43,943 bases of DNA from Candidatus Nealsonbacteria bacterium (GCA_047456295.1 CP179887.1:1-43943); one strand, 5' to 3'; numbered from the stretch's first letter, positions 17,918 to 28,213 are shown. The notes: generated by a model from the letters alone, not told the origin. Made by a program: numbers and translations.

Positions 17918-18334
17918 ATGGCTTTACGGGATATTTTAAAAAGGAAAAAGTCATCTGAGACAGAAAAGAAAGAAAAACCTGTTGAGAAACAAAAAGAGGT
18001 TGAAAAAGAAACACCAGTGGTTTCTAAAAAACCAAGAAAGATGGCAAAAGACGGGTTAGCTTTCCGCATTTTAAAATCTCCACATATTACAGAAAAGACA
18101 ACGGATTTGATTAAAAAAAACCAGTATACCTTTAAGGTTTATTTAAATGCCAATAAGATTGAGATTAGGAAAGCAATTGAAAAGTTATACAAGGTTAAGG
18201 TTTTGAAAGTTAGAATTATTAAGATGCCGAGAAAAAGAAGAAGACTGGGAAGGATATCAGGATGGAGAAAAGGTTATAAAAAAGCCATTGTGAGAATAAA
18301 ACAGGGACAAAAGATTGAAGAATTACTTCGTTAA
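17918..18334 (+). CDS. rplW: 50S ribosomal protein L23 with a ~40-aa Lys/Glu-rich N-terminal extension
   Basis: ILKSPHITEKTTDLIKKNQYTFKV core. The ORF is open from 2 nt after the rplD stop. A canonical-length start would be the Met at 18041. Confidence 0.85.
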   Translation: MALRDILKRKKSSETEKKEKPVEKQKEVEKETPVVSKKPRKMAKDGLAFRILKSPHITEKTTDLIKKNQYTFKVYLNANKIEIRKAIEKLYKVKVLKVRIIKMPRKRRRLGRISGWRKGYKKAIVRIKQGQKIEELLR

Positions 18335-18363
18335 TTACCCTTTTGTTTTTAAAGGATTTCATT

Positions 18364-19155
18364 ATGAGGAAAAAAGCATCATCAAGAAAATTATTAACAA
18401 AGAAAAGGCCTGAAAAAAGGTTGCTTTTGTCTTTTAAAAAAAGAGCAGGCAGGTCTAGTTCAGGCAGGATAAGTGTTCGTCATAGAGGAGGAGGGGTTAA
18501 AAGGCTTTATCGGATTATAGATTTTGGTCAGGAAAAATTAGACATTAAAGGAAAGGTTGTGTCTTTGGAATATGATCCAAACAGAACTGCTTTTCTGGCC
18601 CTGATTGAGTATGAAGAAGGTCAGAAAGGATATATTTTAGCCCCTGTTGGTTTAAAAATAGATGATGAAATAATTTGTTCAGAAAAGGCAAAGGTTGAGA
18701 CTGGAAACAGGATGAAATTAAAGAACATTCCGGTGGGAACCCAGGTCTATAACATTGAATTAGAATTCCATAGAGGAGGAAAGATGGTAAGGTCAGCAGG
18801 TACCTCAGCCAGGATTTTAGCTCACGAAGGAGGTTATACCCATTTAAAGATGCCATCCAGGGAAGTGAGAAAAGTTTTTACAGATTGTTTTGCTTCCATA
18901 GGTCAGGTTTCCCATCCTGAAAAGAGATTTGAAAAAATAGGAAAGGCAGGAAGGAAAAGACTGAAAGGCTGGAGGCCAACTGTCAGGGGAACAGCGATGA
19001 GTCCCCCAGACCATCCCCACGGAGGAGGATCAGGCAAGAGTCCCATTGGAATGAAGTATCCCAAGACTCCCTGGGGCAAACCCGCTCTTGGGAAGAGAAC
19101 AAGAAGAAAGAAATGGACAGATAAATTAATTATTAAACGAAGAAAAAAGAAATAA
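18364..19155 (+). CDS. rplB: 50S ribosomal protein L2
   Basis: [21 protein letters not shown] ... [19 protein letters not shown] at 18364. Confidence 0.95.
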   Translation: MRKKASSRKLLTKKRPEKRLLLSFKKRAGRSSSGRISVRHRGGGVKRLYRIIDFGQEKLDIKGKVVSLEYDPNRTAFLALIEYEEGQKGYILAPVGLKIDDEIICSEKAKVETGNRMKLKNIPVGTQVYNIELEFHRGGKMVRSAGTSARILAHEGGYTHLKMPSREVRKVFTDCFASIGQVSHPEKRFEKIGKAGRKRLKGWRPTVRGTAMSPPDHPHGGGSGKSPIGMKYPKTPWGKPALGKRTRRKKWTDKLIIKRRKKK

Positions 19156-19156
19156 T

Positions 19157-19441
19157 ATGGCAAGGAGTCTTAAAAAAGGTCCATACATTGATCCAAGGGT
19201 ATTGAGAAGAATGAAGAAATTAAAAGGCGACAAGAAAGAACCCATTAAGACATGGGCAAGGAGTTGTGTCATTAGTCCAGAAATGATAGGTTACACTTTC
19301 TTGGTTCATAATGGGAAGGAATTCATTTCTGTAAAGATTAATGACAGTATGGTTGGCCACAAGCTTGGTGAGTTTTCTCCTACCACTAAATTCTCAAGAC
19401 ACGGTGGAAAAATGCAGAGAGATATAGAGAAAAAAAGGTAG
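19157..19441 (+). CDS. rpsS: 30S ribosomal protein S19
   Basis: [13 protein letters not shown] ... [27 protein letters not shown]. Confidence 0.95.
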   Translation: MARSLKKGPYIDPRVLRRMKKLKGDKKEPIKTWARSCVISPEMIGYTFLVHNGKEFISVKINDSMVGHKLGEFSPTTKFSRHGGKMQRDIEKKR

Positions 19442-19499
19442 TTGAAGAACAGCAGAAAAATAGTGTTTGTTAAGATATATAATCTTTATTTTTATTAAT

Positions 19500-20057
19500 A
19501 TGATTTCAACTGCTAAACTAAGTTATTTAAGGATTAGCCCCCGGAAAGTAAGATTGGTTGCTGATTTAATTCGGGGAGAAAAAGTTGAGAAAGCTCAGAC
19601 TGTTTTGAATTTTACCCGGAAAAAAGCTGCCCTGCCTTTATTAAAGCTGTTGAGACAAGCTGTAGCCAATGCCAAGAATAAATATTTAAAGATAGATGAA
19701 AAAAATCTTTACATCTCTAAGATTCTTGTTAATGAGGGGACAAAGAATAAAAGGACTTTTCCCCGGGCTCGGGGAAGAGCAGACATCATTCAGAAGAAAA
19801 GCTCTCATATCACAATTGTATTGGATGAGATTGAGAAAAAGCCGGAAAAGAAAAGATTGAAAGCTGCTGCCAGAAAGAGAAAAAAGAAGTTAAAAGAAAA
19901 GACAGCTGAGATTGAGAAAAAAGAAGGTGAGGAAAGATTAAGAACAGAAGAACCAAAAGTCTTTAAAGAAAAAATAAAGAGAAGACAAGAGATAAAGAGA
20001 GCCAGGACAAAGACAGGAAAAGGATTAAGAAGGTTTTTTAGAAGAAAAGCTTTTTAA
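19500..20057 (+). CDS. rplV: 50S ribosomal protein L22 with a ~75-aa Lys/Arg/Glu-rich C-terminal extension
   Basis: LRISPRKVRLVADLIRG ... PRARGRADIIQKKSSHITIVL core, then EKKPEKKRLKAAARKRKKKLKEK... ATG at 19500. Confidence 0.9.
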   Translation: MISTAKLSYLRISPRKVRLVADLIRGEKVEKAQTVLNFTRKKAALPLLKLLRQAVANAKNKYLKIDEKNLYISKILVNEGTKNKRTFPRARGRADIIQKKSSHITIVLDEIEKKPEKKRLKAAARKRKKKLKEKTAEIEKKEGEERLRTEEPKVFKEKIKRRQEIKRARTKTGKGLRRFFRRKAF

Positions 20058-20072
20058 ACCCAAAATAATAAT

Positions 20073-20708
20073 ATGTCACACAAGGTTCAACCAAAAGCAT
20101 TCAGAATAAGAAGAATAGAAGACTGGGATTCCAGGGGATTTTACGAAAAGAAATTCAGCTCATATTTAGAGGAGGATTTTAAGATTAGAGAATTTCTTGA
20201 AAAGAAGACGAAAAGGTTTGGAGTAGGAAGAATTGTGATAGAGAGATCTGCTGGTAAAGTAAATATTATAATTTTTACTGCCAGACCTGGTTTAATCATT
20301 GGTCGGGGAGGAGAGGAAATTGACAGATTAAGGAGAGAGCTGCAGCAAAAAATCTTAAAAAAGAAGTCAGGATTAAATGTTGAGATTAGAGAGATTAAAA
20401 CCCCCTGGAGTTGTGCTTCTTTGGTTGTTCAATGGATAGCTGTCCAGATTGAAAAAAGAATGTCTTACAGGAGAGTTTTAAAAAGAGCTTTAGCTAAAGT
20501 CATAAGCCAGAGAGATGTAAAAGGAGCAAGGGTTGAGGTGTCTGGCAGATTGAATGGAATTAGTATTGCCAGGAGAGAATGGTTAAAACAAGGTTTGCTT
20601 CCAAGACAGACCTTGAGGGCTGACATTGATTATGCCCAGGGTACGGCTTTTTGCAGCTATGGGGCTGTAGGAATAAAGGTTTGGATATATAAAGGAGAGA
20701 AATTTTAA
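20073..20708 (+). CDS. rpsC: 30S ribosomal protein S3
   Basis: HKVQPKAFRI ... GRLNGISIARREW..QGLLPRQTLRADIDYA. Confidence 0.95.
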   Translation: MSHKVQPKAFRIRRIEDWDSRGFYEKKFSSYLEEDFKIREFLEKKTKRFGVGRIVIERSAGKVNIIIFTARPGLIIGRGGEEIDRLRRELQQKILKKKSGLNVEIREIKTPWSCASLVVQWIAVQIEKRMSYRRVLKRALAKVISQRDVKGARVEVSGRLNGISIARREWLKQGLLPRQTLRADIDYAQGTAFCSYGAVGIKVWIYKGEKF

Positions 20709-20722
20709 CATCAGATTAGAGC

Positions 20723-21133
20723 ATGGCTATATTGCAACCCAGAAAACTTAAATACCAGAAAAGATTCACAGGAAAGTCAAAAGGTCTTTCCACCAGAGGG
20801 ACTAAGCTTGTCTTCGGTTCCTATGGATTGAAATGCTTGGAAACTAAATGGATTACTGCCAGACAGATTGAAGCTGCTAGAAAGGCAATCATGAGATATT
20901 TGAAAAAAGGAGGAAAGCTATGGATTAGAATTTTTCCTGACAAACCTGTTACATCCAAGGGTGTGGAGTTTTCAATGGGAGGAGGAAAGGGTTCTTTTTC
21001 TCATTATGTTTATCCCATAAAGCCAGGAAGAATCATTTTTGAATTAGAAGGGGTGAAAGAAGAGATAGCTGAGAAAGCCTTTAGAAAGGCATCAGATAAA
21101 TTACCGGTTAAAACTAAAATGATTAAAAAGTAA
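20723..21133 (+). CDS. rplP: 50S ribosomal protein L16
   Basis: [18 protein letters not shown] ... [34 protein letters not shown]. Confidence 0.95.
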   Translation: MAILQPRKLKYQKRFTGKSKGLSTRGTKLVFGSYGLKCLETKWITARQIEAARKAIMRYLKKGGKLWIRIFPDKPVTSKGVEFSMGGGKGSFSHYVYPIKPGRIIFELEGVKEEIAEKAFRKASDKLPVKTKMIKK

Positions 21134-21316
21134 ATGAAGACAGCTCAATTGCGGAAAAAATCAAAATCAGATTTAAAGAAGATTCTTCAGGATTCAAGGG
21201 AGCGATTGCGGGTTTTACGTTTTGATTTAGCCGAGGGAAAGGTTAAAAATATCAGGGAAGTTCGAAAAGTAAAAAGGGGTATTGCCAGAATACTGACATT
21301 ATTAAAAGAGATATAA
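21134..21316 (+). CDS. rpmC: 50S ribosomal protein L29
   Basis: 60 aa, LRKKSKSDLKKIL..SRERLRVLRFDLAEGKVKN, in the expected operon position. Confidence 0.9.
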   Translation: MKTAQLRKKSKSDLKKILQDSRERLRVLRFDLAEGKVKNIREVRKVKRGIARILTLLKEI

Positions 21317-21339
21317 TAAGAAATTAATTATATTAATTT

Positions 21340-21573
21340 ATGCCAAAAAAAAAGTTGAAAGGTGTAGTTATCTCAAACAAAATGCAAAAAACAGTTGTTA
21401 TTGAGGTGGAAAGAATAAAAAAGCATCCAAAATACAAGAGGAGATACAAGGTTCATAAAAAGTACAAAGCCCATGATGAAAAGGAAGAGTATAAGATAGG
21501 GGATAAGGTTATAATCCAGGAATGCAGACCCATGAGCAGGGATAAGAGGTGGAGGGTTATTGGCAAGATATAA
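21340..21573 (+). CDS. rpsQ: 30S ribosomal protein S17
   Basis: [42 protein letters not shown]. Confidence 0.95.
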   Translation: MPKKKLKGVVISNKMQKTVVIEVERIKKHPKYKRRYKVHKKYKAHDEKEEYKIGDKVIIQECRPMSRDKRWRVIGKI

Positions 21574-21601
21574 AGAATAGATAAATCTTTAATTTTTAAA
21601 A

Positions 21602-21973
21602 ATGATTCAACTACGTTCAATAGTAAAAGTAGCAGATAACAGCGGAGCAAAGGTCATTCAATGCATCCATGTTTTAGGTGGCACCAGAAAACGTTATGCT
21701 AGAATCGGGGATATTATTGTGGGAACAGTAAAGGTGGTTGAGCCCAGAAGGGAAGTTAAAAAACATGAAGTGACAAGGGCCTTGATTATACGTCAGAGAA
21801 AGGAGCTCAGGAGGCCTGATGGTTCCTATATTCGATTTGATGATAATGCCTGTGTTGTTCTGGAAGGTAAGACAAAGAATCCAAGAGGAGGAAGGATATT
21901 TGGTCCTGTGGCCAGAGAAATAAAAGAAAAAGGGTTTGAAAAAGTAGCATCTTTGGCTAAAGAATTAGTATGA
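21602..21973 (+). CDS. rplN: 50S ribosomal protein L14
   Basis: MIQLRSIVKVADNSGAKVIQCIHVLGG. Confidence 0.95.
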   Translation: MIQLRSIVKVADNSGAKVIQCIHVLGGTRKRYARIGDIIVGTVKVVEPRREVKKHEVTRALIIRQRKELRRPDGSYIRFDDNACVVLEGKTKNPRGGRIFGPVAREIKEKGFEKVASLAKELV

Positions 21974-22275
21974 AGATTAAAAAAGGAGATACAATTTTAA
22001 TTATTTCAGGGAAATATCGGGGTAAAAAAGGTAAGATTTTGAAAGCCTTTCCCAAACAAGGAAGGATTATGATTGAAGGAATAAATTTGGTAAAAAAACA
22101 CCAGAAACCCAAGAAAACAGGAGAGAAGGGTCAAATTATTGAGATACCCGCTCCCATGGATGTTTCAAATGTCAAATTAATCTGTCCTAAATGCACAAAG
22201 GCAACGAGGGTGGCTTATAAAATCATAAATGATAGAAAATACCGTATTTGTAAAAAATGCGGCAAAGAAGTATGA
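21970..22275 (+). CDS. rplX: 50S ribosomal protein L24 (with a C-terminal CxxC...CxxC)
   Basis: MKIKKGDTILIISGKYRGKKGKILK (KOW motif); C-terminus CPKCTKATRVAYKIINDRKYRICKKCG. Confidence 0.9.
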   Translation: MKIKKGDTILIISGKYRGKKGKILKAFPKQGRIMIEGINLVKKHQKPKKTGEKGQIIEIPAPMDVSNVKLICPKCTKATRVAYKIINDRKYRICKKCGKEV

Positions 22276-22829
22276 TTCCTTTAACTGAAAAATACAAAAA
22301 AGAAGTGATTCCTGGCATGATGAAGAAATTCGGTTACAAGAACAGGATGGCTGTTCCGAAAATTGAAAAAGTGGTGATAAATACAGGTTTGGGAAAATTG
22401 ATTTCTGAAAAGACTTCTGATGAGAGAAAAAAGATTTTAAAGAGCACTTCTAATGATTTGTCTATCATTACTGGTCAACATCCTGTTATAACCAAGGCCA
22501 GAAAATCAATTTCTGGGTTTAAAATCCGTAAAGGTTCACCAGTGGGGATAGCAGTTGTCTTGAGGAAAAAAAGGATGTTTGATTTTCTTGAAAGATTGAT
22601 TCATATAACCCTACCCCGTTCCAGGGATTTTTCAGGAATAAAACCTGGTTCTTTTGATAAAAGGGGAAACTTAACCATAGCTATAAAAGAACACATTTCT
22701 TTTTCTGAGATTTTACCTGAGAAAGCCAGGAGAATCTTTAGTTTAGAAATAACAGTGGTTACTTCCACTCAAAATCGGGAAGAGGGAATTGAGTTGTTGA
22801 GATTAATGGGATTTCCCATAAAGCATTAG
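22272..22829 (+). CDS. rplE: 50S ribosomal protein L5
   Basis: MMKKFGYKNRMAVPKIEKVVINTGLG ... LPRSRDFSG. The ATG at 22272 overlaps the rplX stop (ATGA). Confidence 0.95.
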   Translation: MIPLTEKYKKEVIPGMMKKFGYKNRMAVPKIEKVVINTGLGKLISEKTSDERKKILKSTSNDLSIITGQHPVITKARKSISGFKIRKGSPVGIAVVLRKKRMFDFLERLIHITLPRSRDFSGIKPGSFDKRGNLTIAIKEHISFSEILPEKARRIFSLEITVVTSTQNREEGIELLRLMGFPIKH

Positions 22830-22864
22830 GTTTAATTTATTATTTATCTAAATCATTAATGTAA

Positions 22865-23050
22865 ATGTCTACCAAAACCCAAATCGTCAAAGCAAAGAAG
22901 AAACCAAAATTTAAAACGCGAATTGTTCGACGTTGTTTTAGATGTGGAAGGAAAAGAGGATATATGAGAAAGTTTGGATTGTGCAGGATTTGTTTTAGAG
23001 AAATGGCAAATAAAGGTCTGATCCCCGGGGTTAAAAAGAGCAGTTGGTAG
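22865..23050 (+). CDS. rpsZ: 30S ribosomal protein S14, type Z (zinc-binding)
   Basis: 61 aa, [23 protein letters not shown]. Confidence 0.95.
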   Translation: MSTKTQIVKAKKKPKFKTRIVRRCFRCGRKRGYMRKFGLCRICFREMANKGLIPGVKKSSW

Positions 23051-23097
23051 TTTGTATATAGAGAAACTTTTTAAAATATTAATTATTAATTAAAACA

Positions 23098-23484
23098 ATG
23101 GACCCAATAGCTGATATGTTAACATCAATTAGGAATGCCCAGGCTGTTTCCAAAGAAACAGTTGAGGTTCCTTTTTCCAAATTAAAGTTTGGACTTGTTA
23201 AAATTTTGGAAAAGGAAGGCTTTATTGAAAAGATTGAGAAAAAGGGCAGGGGGGTTAAAAAAATAATAGAGATTAAACTGAAATATGAGGACAAGAAATC
23301 TGCCATATCTTATTTAAAAAGAATCTCCAAGCCAGGCCAGAGGATTTATTTTAAAAGCCAGGGGTTGAAGCCTGTAAGGAGCGGTTATGGAATTACCATT
23401 ATTTCAACTTCAAAAGGTCTAATGACAGGCAGAGAAGCCAAGAAAAAGAAAATAGGAGGGGAGGTATTGTGTCAGGTTTGGTAA
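23098..23484 (+). CDS. rpsH: 30S ribosomal protein S8
   Basis: DPIADMLTSIRNAQ ... TSKGLMTGREAKKKKIGGEVLCQVW. Confidence 0.95.
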   Translation: MDPIADMLTSIRNAQAVSKETVEVPFSKLKFGLVKILEKEGFIEKIEKKGRGVKKIIEIKLKYEDKKSAISYLKRISKPGQRIYFKSQGLKPVRSGYGITIISTSKGLMTGREAKKKKIGGEVLCQVW

Positions 23485-23515
23485 AATGGGAAATCTTAAA
23501 TTTTAACTATTATTT

Positions 23516-24070
23516 ATGAGTCGTATAGGTAAAAAACCAATTGAAATACCAGAAGGGGTTGAGGTGAAAATAGAGAATGGGAAGGTAACAATAAAGGGTC
23601 CCAAAGGCGAACTTTTCTGGGGAGTCAGACCTGAGATTGGGGTTGAGGTTAAAGAAGGAAAAATCTTTGTTTTGCCAAAGGTGAGCACTAAAAAAACCAA
23701 AGCTTTTTGGGGTTTGACCCGGGCCCTTCTGGCCAACATGGTAAAAGGAGTTGTTGAAGGCTACCAAAAGAAATTAGAAATACGTGGTTTGGGTTATAAA
23801 GCCAAACTGGAAGGGGAAGATTTAGTTCTGCAGGTTGGTTTTACTCATCCTGTTAAGTTAAAGATTCCAGAAGATATTAAGATTTTAGTGGAAAAAAATA
23901 TAATTACTGTTTCAGGAATTAATAAAGAGCGGGTGGGTTTAATAGCATCAAAGATAAGAAAGGTAAAACGCCCTGAACCATATAAGGGAAAGGGAATCAG
24001 GTATTTAGGTGAGCAGGTCAGGAGAAAGGCGGGAAAGAAAGTGGTAACAGGAGGGATAACCGGAAAATAG
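23516..24070 (+). CDS. rplF: 50S ribosomal protein L6
   Basis: MSRIGKKPIEIPEGVEVKIENGKVTIKGPKGEL. Confidence 0.95.
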   Translation: MSRIGKKPIEIPEGVEVKIENGKVTIKGPKGELFWGVRPEIGVEVKEGKIFVLPKVSTKKTKAFWGLTRALLANMVKGVVEGYQKKLEIRGLGYKAKLEGEDLVLQVGFTHPVKLKIPEDIKILVEKNIITVSGINKERVGLIASKIRKVKRPEPYKGKGIRYLGEQVRRKAGKKVVTGGITGK

Positions 24071-24100
24071 GTTCTTAAATCAACAAGAAGATAATTTATT

Positions 24101-24499
24101 ATGAATGTAAAGGAAAAACAAAAGAAAAGACACAGGCGTCACAAAAGAGTAAGGGGTAAGATTTTTGGAACCAATAAGAGGCCCCGGCTTTGTGTTTTTC
24201 GTTCCAGTAAACATATCTACGCCCAACTGATTAACGATGAGAAAGGTAAGACATTGGCTTCGGCCAGTGACTTAAAATTAAAACCAATGAAAAAAAAGAA
24301 ACGAGCAGAAAAGAAAAAAAAGGAAGAAAAAGTATTTTCCAGTAAGTCAGCCCTGGGTTTTGAGGTGGGAAAATTAATTGCCCAAAAAGCCAGGGATTTG
24401 AAGATTAAAAGCGTTGTTTTTGACAAGGGAGGATATAAATACCATGGAAGGGTAAAGGCCTTGGCAGAGGGAGCCAGGCTAGGAGGATTAAAGTTTTAA
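24101..24499 (+). CDS. rplR: 50S ribosomal protein L18 (internal Lys-rich insertion)
   Basis: [30 protein letters not shown] ... [25 protein letters not shown]; insertion [17 protein letters not shown]. Confidence 0.93.
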   Translation: MNVKEKQKKRHRRHKRVRGKIFGTNKRPRLCVFRSSKHIYAQLINDEKGKTLASASDLKLKPMKKKKRAEKKKKEEKVFSSKSALGFEVGKLIAQKARDLKIKSVVFDKGGYKYHGRVKALAEGARLGGLKF

Positions 24500-24515
24500 A
24501 CCTTAGACAAGTAAA

Positions 24516-24992
24516 ATGCAGCGTAAAAGATTTAATCGTTATAAAGAGAAAAAGGATGAGTTTGAATCAAAACTCTTGGATTTGGCCAGGGTTTCTCATA
24601 CCAGGGAAGGAGGTAAAAGATTAAGGTTCAGGGCAGTGATGGTGGTAGGGGACAAGAAAGGAAAGGTGGGAGTAGGAGTAGCTTCTGGTCGGGATGTTGC
24701 CAAAGCCATTGAAAAAGCAACAAGATTGTCCAAAAAGAATTTGATTGAGGTATTGATAATAAAAGATACCATTCCCCATCAGGTTGAAGCTAAATTTGGA
24801 GCAGCTAAAGTGCTTTTAAAACCCCAGAGAAAGGGAAGGGGTTTGGTAGCCGGGGGAACGGTGCGTATTATCTGCACGTTAGCTGGAATAAAAAATATAT
24901 CTTCTAAGGTCTTGGGAGCAACGGGCAACAAACTGAACAATGCCAGGGCAATGATAAAGGCATTGAAACAATTAAAACAGAAAAACATATAA
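24516..24992 (+). CDS. rpsE: 30S ribosomal protein S5
   Basis: RVSHTREGGKRLRFRAVMVVGDKKGKVGVGVASGRDVAKAIEKA. Confidence 0.95.
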   Translation: MQRKRFNRYKEKKDEFESKLLDLARVSHTREGGKRLRFRAVMVVGDKKGKVGVGVASGRDVAKAIEKATRLSKKNLIEVLIIKDTIPHQVEAKFGAAKVLLKPQRKGRGLVAGGTVRIICTLAGIKNISSKVLGATGNKLNNARAMIKALKQLKQKNI

Positions 24993-25016
24993 TATTATTA
25001 ATCTTGGATTATTTCC

Positions 25017-25451
25017 ATGGAATTGCACGAATTAAAACCAATCCATAAAAGGAAGAAGCCCAAACGGATAGGACGGGGCGGAAAAAGGGGTACTTATTGC
25101 GGACGGGGGATAAAGGGACAAAAAACAAGGGCAGGCCGCAAAATGGTGCCTCCCATCCGGCAGTTGATCAAAAAATACCCAAAGCTGAGAGGGTACCGTT
25201 TTAAGTCAAGAAAGCTGAAGCCAGCAATAATTAATATTGGGGTTTTGGAGAAAAACTTTAAGAAAGGAGAATTGGTTTCTCCCTTGGTCTTGCTTAAAAA
25301 GAAATTGATTCGTAAAATAAAAGGGAGGGGACCTGAGGTAAAAATCTTGGGAATGGGCAGGTTGACCAAAAAATTAACGGTTCAAGGATGCCTAGTTTCA
25401 AAATCAGCTAAAGAGAAAATTGAGAAAGCAAGAGGAGTTGTTAAACAATAA
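25017..25451 (+). CDS. rplO: 50S ribosomal protein L15
   Basis: LHELKP...RIGRGGKRGTYCGRGIKGQKTRAG. Starts 24 nt after rpsE, so no L30 gene lies between them. Confidence 0.95.
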   Translation: MELHELKPIHKRKKPKRIGRGGKRGTYCGRGIKGQKTRAGRKMVPPIRQLIKKYPKLRGYRFKSRKLKPAIINIGVLEKNFKKGELVSPLVLLKKKLIRKIKGRGPEVKILGMGRLTKKLTVQGCLVSKSAKEKIEKARGVVKQ

Positions 25452-25457
25452 ATAACC

Positions 25458-26735
25458 ATGTGGTATAACAACGTCATTCAAATATTTAAAATAAGAGAAT
25501 TGCGAAATAAGATTCTTTTTGTTCTGGGTATTTTTGCCATGGTGCGGGTGATGGCCAATATCCCTATCCCAGGCATTAATATTGAGAATCTAAAGGAAAT
25601 CTTTGAACAATTCCAGGTCCTGGGTCTTTTGAATATCTTTACAGGTGGTGCCTTAGAGAGGATGTCCATTATTATGCTGGGTTTAGGTCCCTACATTACA
25701 GCTACCATAATCTTGCAATTGTTGACAATGATTTTTCCCCAACTGGAAGAAATGTATAAGGAAGAAGGGGAGGCAGGCAAAAGGAAATTTGAACAGTATG
25801 GAAGGATTCTAACCCTTCCCCTGGCTTTTCTTCAAGCTTTTGCAATGCTCAGTCTGTTCACCAGGCAGGGGGTAATTGGAGAGCTTGGTTTCCTTGCTAA
25901 AATCAGTGCCATTATTACTGTCACAGCTGGAAGTTTCTTGTTGATGTGGCTGGGAGAATTGATTTCAGAAAAAGGTATTGGAAATGGCGTTTCTTTATTA
26001 ATATTTGCTGGAATCATTGCTGGTTTTCCCAGAAATGTAGGCCAGCTCATATTTACCTTTGAGACTTCAATGATTCTTTCTTATCTGATTTTCTTTTTCA
26101 TGTCTCTGCTCATTATTGCAGGGGTTACCGTGGTTAATGAAGCCAGGAGAAACATCCCGGTTTCTTACGCAAAAAGGGTGAGGGGAAGGATGGTTTATGG
26201 GGGGGCTTCCACTTATCTGCCCTTAAGCGTTAATCCAGCAGGAGTAATTCCCATTATCTTTGCCCTGTCTATTTTGACCTTTCCTTCCATGATCGCTAAT
26301 TTTTTGACTGGTTCTGAGGGTTTCTTGGGAAGAGTTGCCCAAACCATTTTGAATGTTTTTAATAATACCTGGATTTACGGAGGCCTGTATTTTCTTTTAA
26401 TCTTTCTTTTCACTTATTTTTACACCCTTATTACCTTTGAACCAGATTCAATTGCAGAGAACCTGAAGAAAATGGGTGGTTTTGTTCCTGGTATCAGACC
26501 AGGAAAATCCACTGCCCATTTCCTGAATTTTATCTTAAACCGGATTCTGCCTTTCGGAGCTTTATTCTTGGCTTCAATTGCTTTAATGCCCTCCATTGTT
26601 CAGTCCATAACAAACATCACTGTTTTCAGTTTTTTAATTGGAGGGACATCACTCATCATTATTGTTTCAGTGGTTTTAGAGACAATAAGGCAGATCCAGT
26701 CTCAATTAGAAATGAGGGAATATGAATCATTCTAA
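25458..26735 (+). CDS. secY: preprotein translocase subunit SecY
   Basis: 425 aa, multi-TM, GLGPYITATIILQLL, ISEKGIGNGVSLLIFAGI, in the expected position. Confidence 0.95.
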   Translation: MWYNNVIQIFKIRELRNKILFVLGIFAMVRVMANIPIPGINIENLKEIFEQFQVLGLLNIFTGGALERMSIIMLGLGPYITATIILQLLTMIFPQLEEMYKEEGEAGKRKFEQYGRILTLPLAFLQAFAMLSLFTRQGVIGELGFLAKISAIITVTAGSFLLMWLGELISEKGIGNGVSLLIFAGIIAGFPRNVGQLIFTFETSMILSYLIFFFMSLLIIAGVTVVNEARRNIPVSYAKRVRGRMVYGGASTYLPLSVNPAGVIPIIFALSILTFPSMIANFLTGSEGFLGRVAQTILNVFNNTWIYGGLYFLLIFLFTYFYTLITFEPDSIAENLKKMGGFVPGIRPGKSTAHFLNFILNRILPFGALFLASIALMPSIVQSITNITVFSFLIGGTSLIIIVSVVLETIRQIQSQLEMREYESF

Positions 26736-26765
26736 TTTTATTTCTTGAGTTAAAACAAATTCAAT

Positions 26766-27467
26766 ATGAAAAAACAAAATAAAAGAACGGTGATTATTCT
26801 AGGTCCTCCAGGTTCCGGGAAAGGAACCCAGTCTGAATTATTGGCAGAAAAACTTAACCTTTTTCATTTAGAAACAAGTGAGATTATTGTGAAAAATTTA
26901 GCCAATATCAAGAAAAGTGATTTTGTAAGGGTAAAGAATAAAAAATATTTCTTGTTTGATGAAAGAAAATTAAGACAATCAGGGGAATTAATGAGTCCTC
27001 CTTTAATCACATTTTGGGTAAAGAAAAAAATCAAGGAGCTGGCAAGGGAAGGAGAAGGAATAGTTACGTCTGGCTCTCCCCGTACTCTTTATGAGGCAAA
27101 GGAATTAATACCTCTTTTGAAAAAACTATATGGTAGCAGAAACATTCAGGTAATTTTGATTAACCTGACTGAAAAAGAATCCATATGGAGGAATTCTCAT
27201 CGAAGAACCTGTAAACTCATGCGCCATACCATTTTATATACCAAAGACACTGCCAAACTCACCAGGTGTCCCTTTGATGGTTCAAGATTAATACTTCGCA
27301 AAGATGATAAGCCAGCATTAATTAAGATAAGACTGAAAGAATACAAAGAGAGAACATTTCCTTTGATTGATTATTTTAAAAAACAGAAATTAAAAGTGAT
27401 AAGAATAAATGGTTCTCCTTCTCCAGCCGTTGTTTTTAGGAATGTTTTAAAATGTCTTAAGAGATGA
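26766..27467 (+). CDS. adk: adenylate kinase
   Basis: IILGPPGSGKGTQSELLAEKL; lid CKLMRH...RCPFDGSRL; IRLKEYKERT; in the spc-operon position. Confidence 0.85.
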   Translation: MKKQNKRTVIILGPPGSGKGTQSELLAEKLNLFHLETSEIIVKNLANIKKSDFVRVKNKKYFLFDERKLRQSGELMSPPLITFWVKKKIKELAREGEGIVTSGSPRTLYEAKELIPLLKKLYGSRNIQVILINLTEKESIWRNSHRRTCKLMRHTILYTKDTAKLTRCPFDGSRLILRKDDKPALIKIRLKEYKERTFPLIDYFKKQKLKVIRINGSPSPAVVFRNVLKCLKR

Positions 27468-28213
27468 TTCCCATAAAATCAAAAGAAGAAATTGAAATAA
27501 TGAGGGAGGGTGGTAATATTCTGGCAACAATAATGAAGGAACTGGAAAAAAGAGTAGAACCTGGCATTGCCACCATACAACTAGATAGGCTCGCTGAAAG
27601 CCTTATTTTTAAATATGGTGGAAAACCATCATTTAAGGGATACCAAGGGTATCCTGCAGCTTTGTGTGTTTCAATAAACAAGGAGATTGTCCATGCAGTG
27701 CCTTCCCAGAGAATAGTAAAAGGAGGAGATATAATATCCTTGGATCTTGGTCTTTTTTACAAAGGTTTTCATGCTGATATGGCAGTTACCTTAGCTGTGG
27801 GAAATGTTAGCTCTGAAGCAAGGAGATTATTAAGAGCAACAAAAAAAGCCTTAAAAAGAGGGATTAAAAAGGCCAGGCTGGGAAATACCTTTGGTGACAT
27901 CTCAAACACCATTCAGAGATATACAGAAGATCAGGGTTTTAGTGTTGTAAGAGATCTTTGCGGTCATGGCATTGGCAGGGAGTTGCATGAAGAACCCAAG
28001 ATTTTAAACTATGGAAAACGTCATTCAGGACCTGAAATTAAAGAGGGAATGTGTTTTTGTATTGAACCCATGTTGACCTTGGGAGGATGGGAAATAAAGA
28101 AATCAGAAGATGGTTTTGGTTATGAAACCCAGGACGGTTCTCTGTCTTGCCATTTTGAGCATACAATGGTGGTAACCAAACAAGGTTGTCAGATACTGAC
28201 AAGCCTTCAATGA
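27464..28213 (+). CDS. map: type I methionine aminopeptidase
   Basis: GYQGYPAALCVSINKEIVHAVP, DLGLFYKGFHADMA, CGHGIG, FCIEPM, HFEHT. Confidence 0.95.
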   Translation: MIPIKSKEEIEIMREGGNILATIMKELEKRVEPGIATIQLDRLAESLIFKYGGKPSFKGYQGYPAALCVSINKEIVHAVPSQRIVKGGDIISLDLGLFYKGFHADMAVTLAVGNVSSEARRLLRATKKALKRGIKKARLGNTFGDISNTIQRYTEDQGFSVVRDLCGHGIGRELHEEPKILNYGKRHSGPEIKEGMCFCIEPMLTLGGWEIKKSEDGFGYETQDGSLSCHFEHTMVVTKQGCQILTSLQ

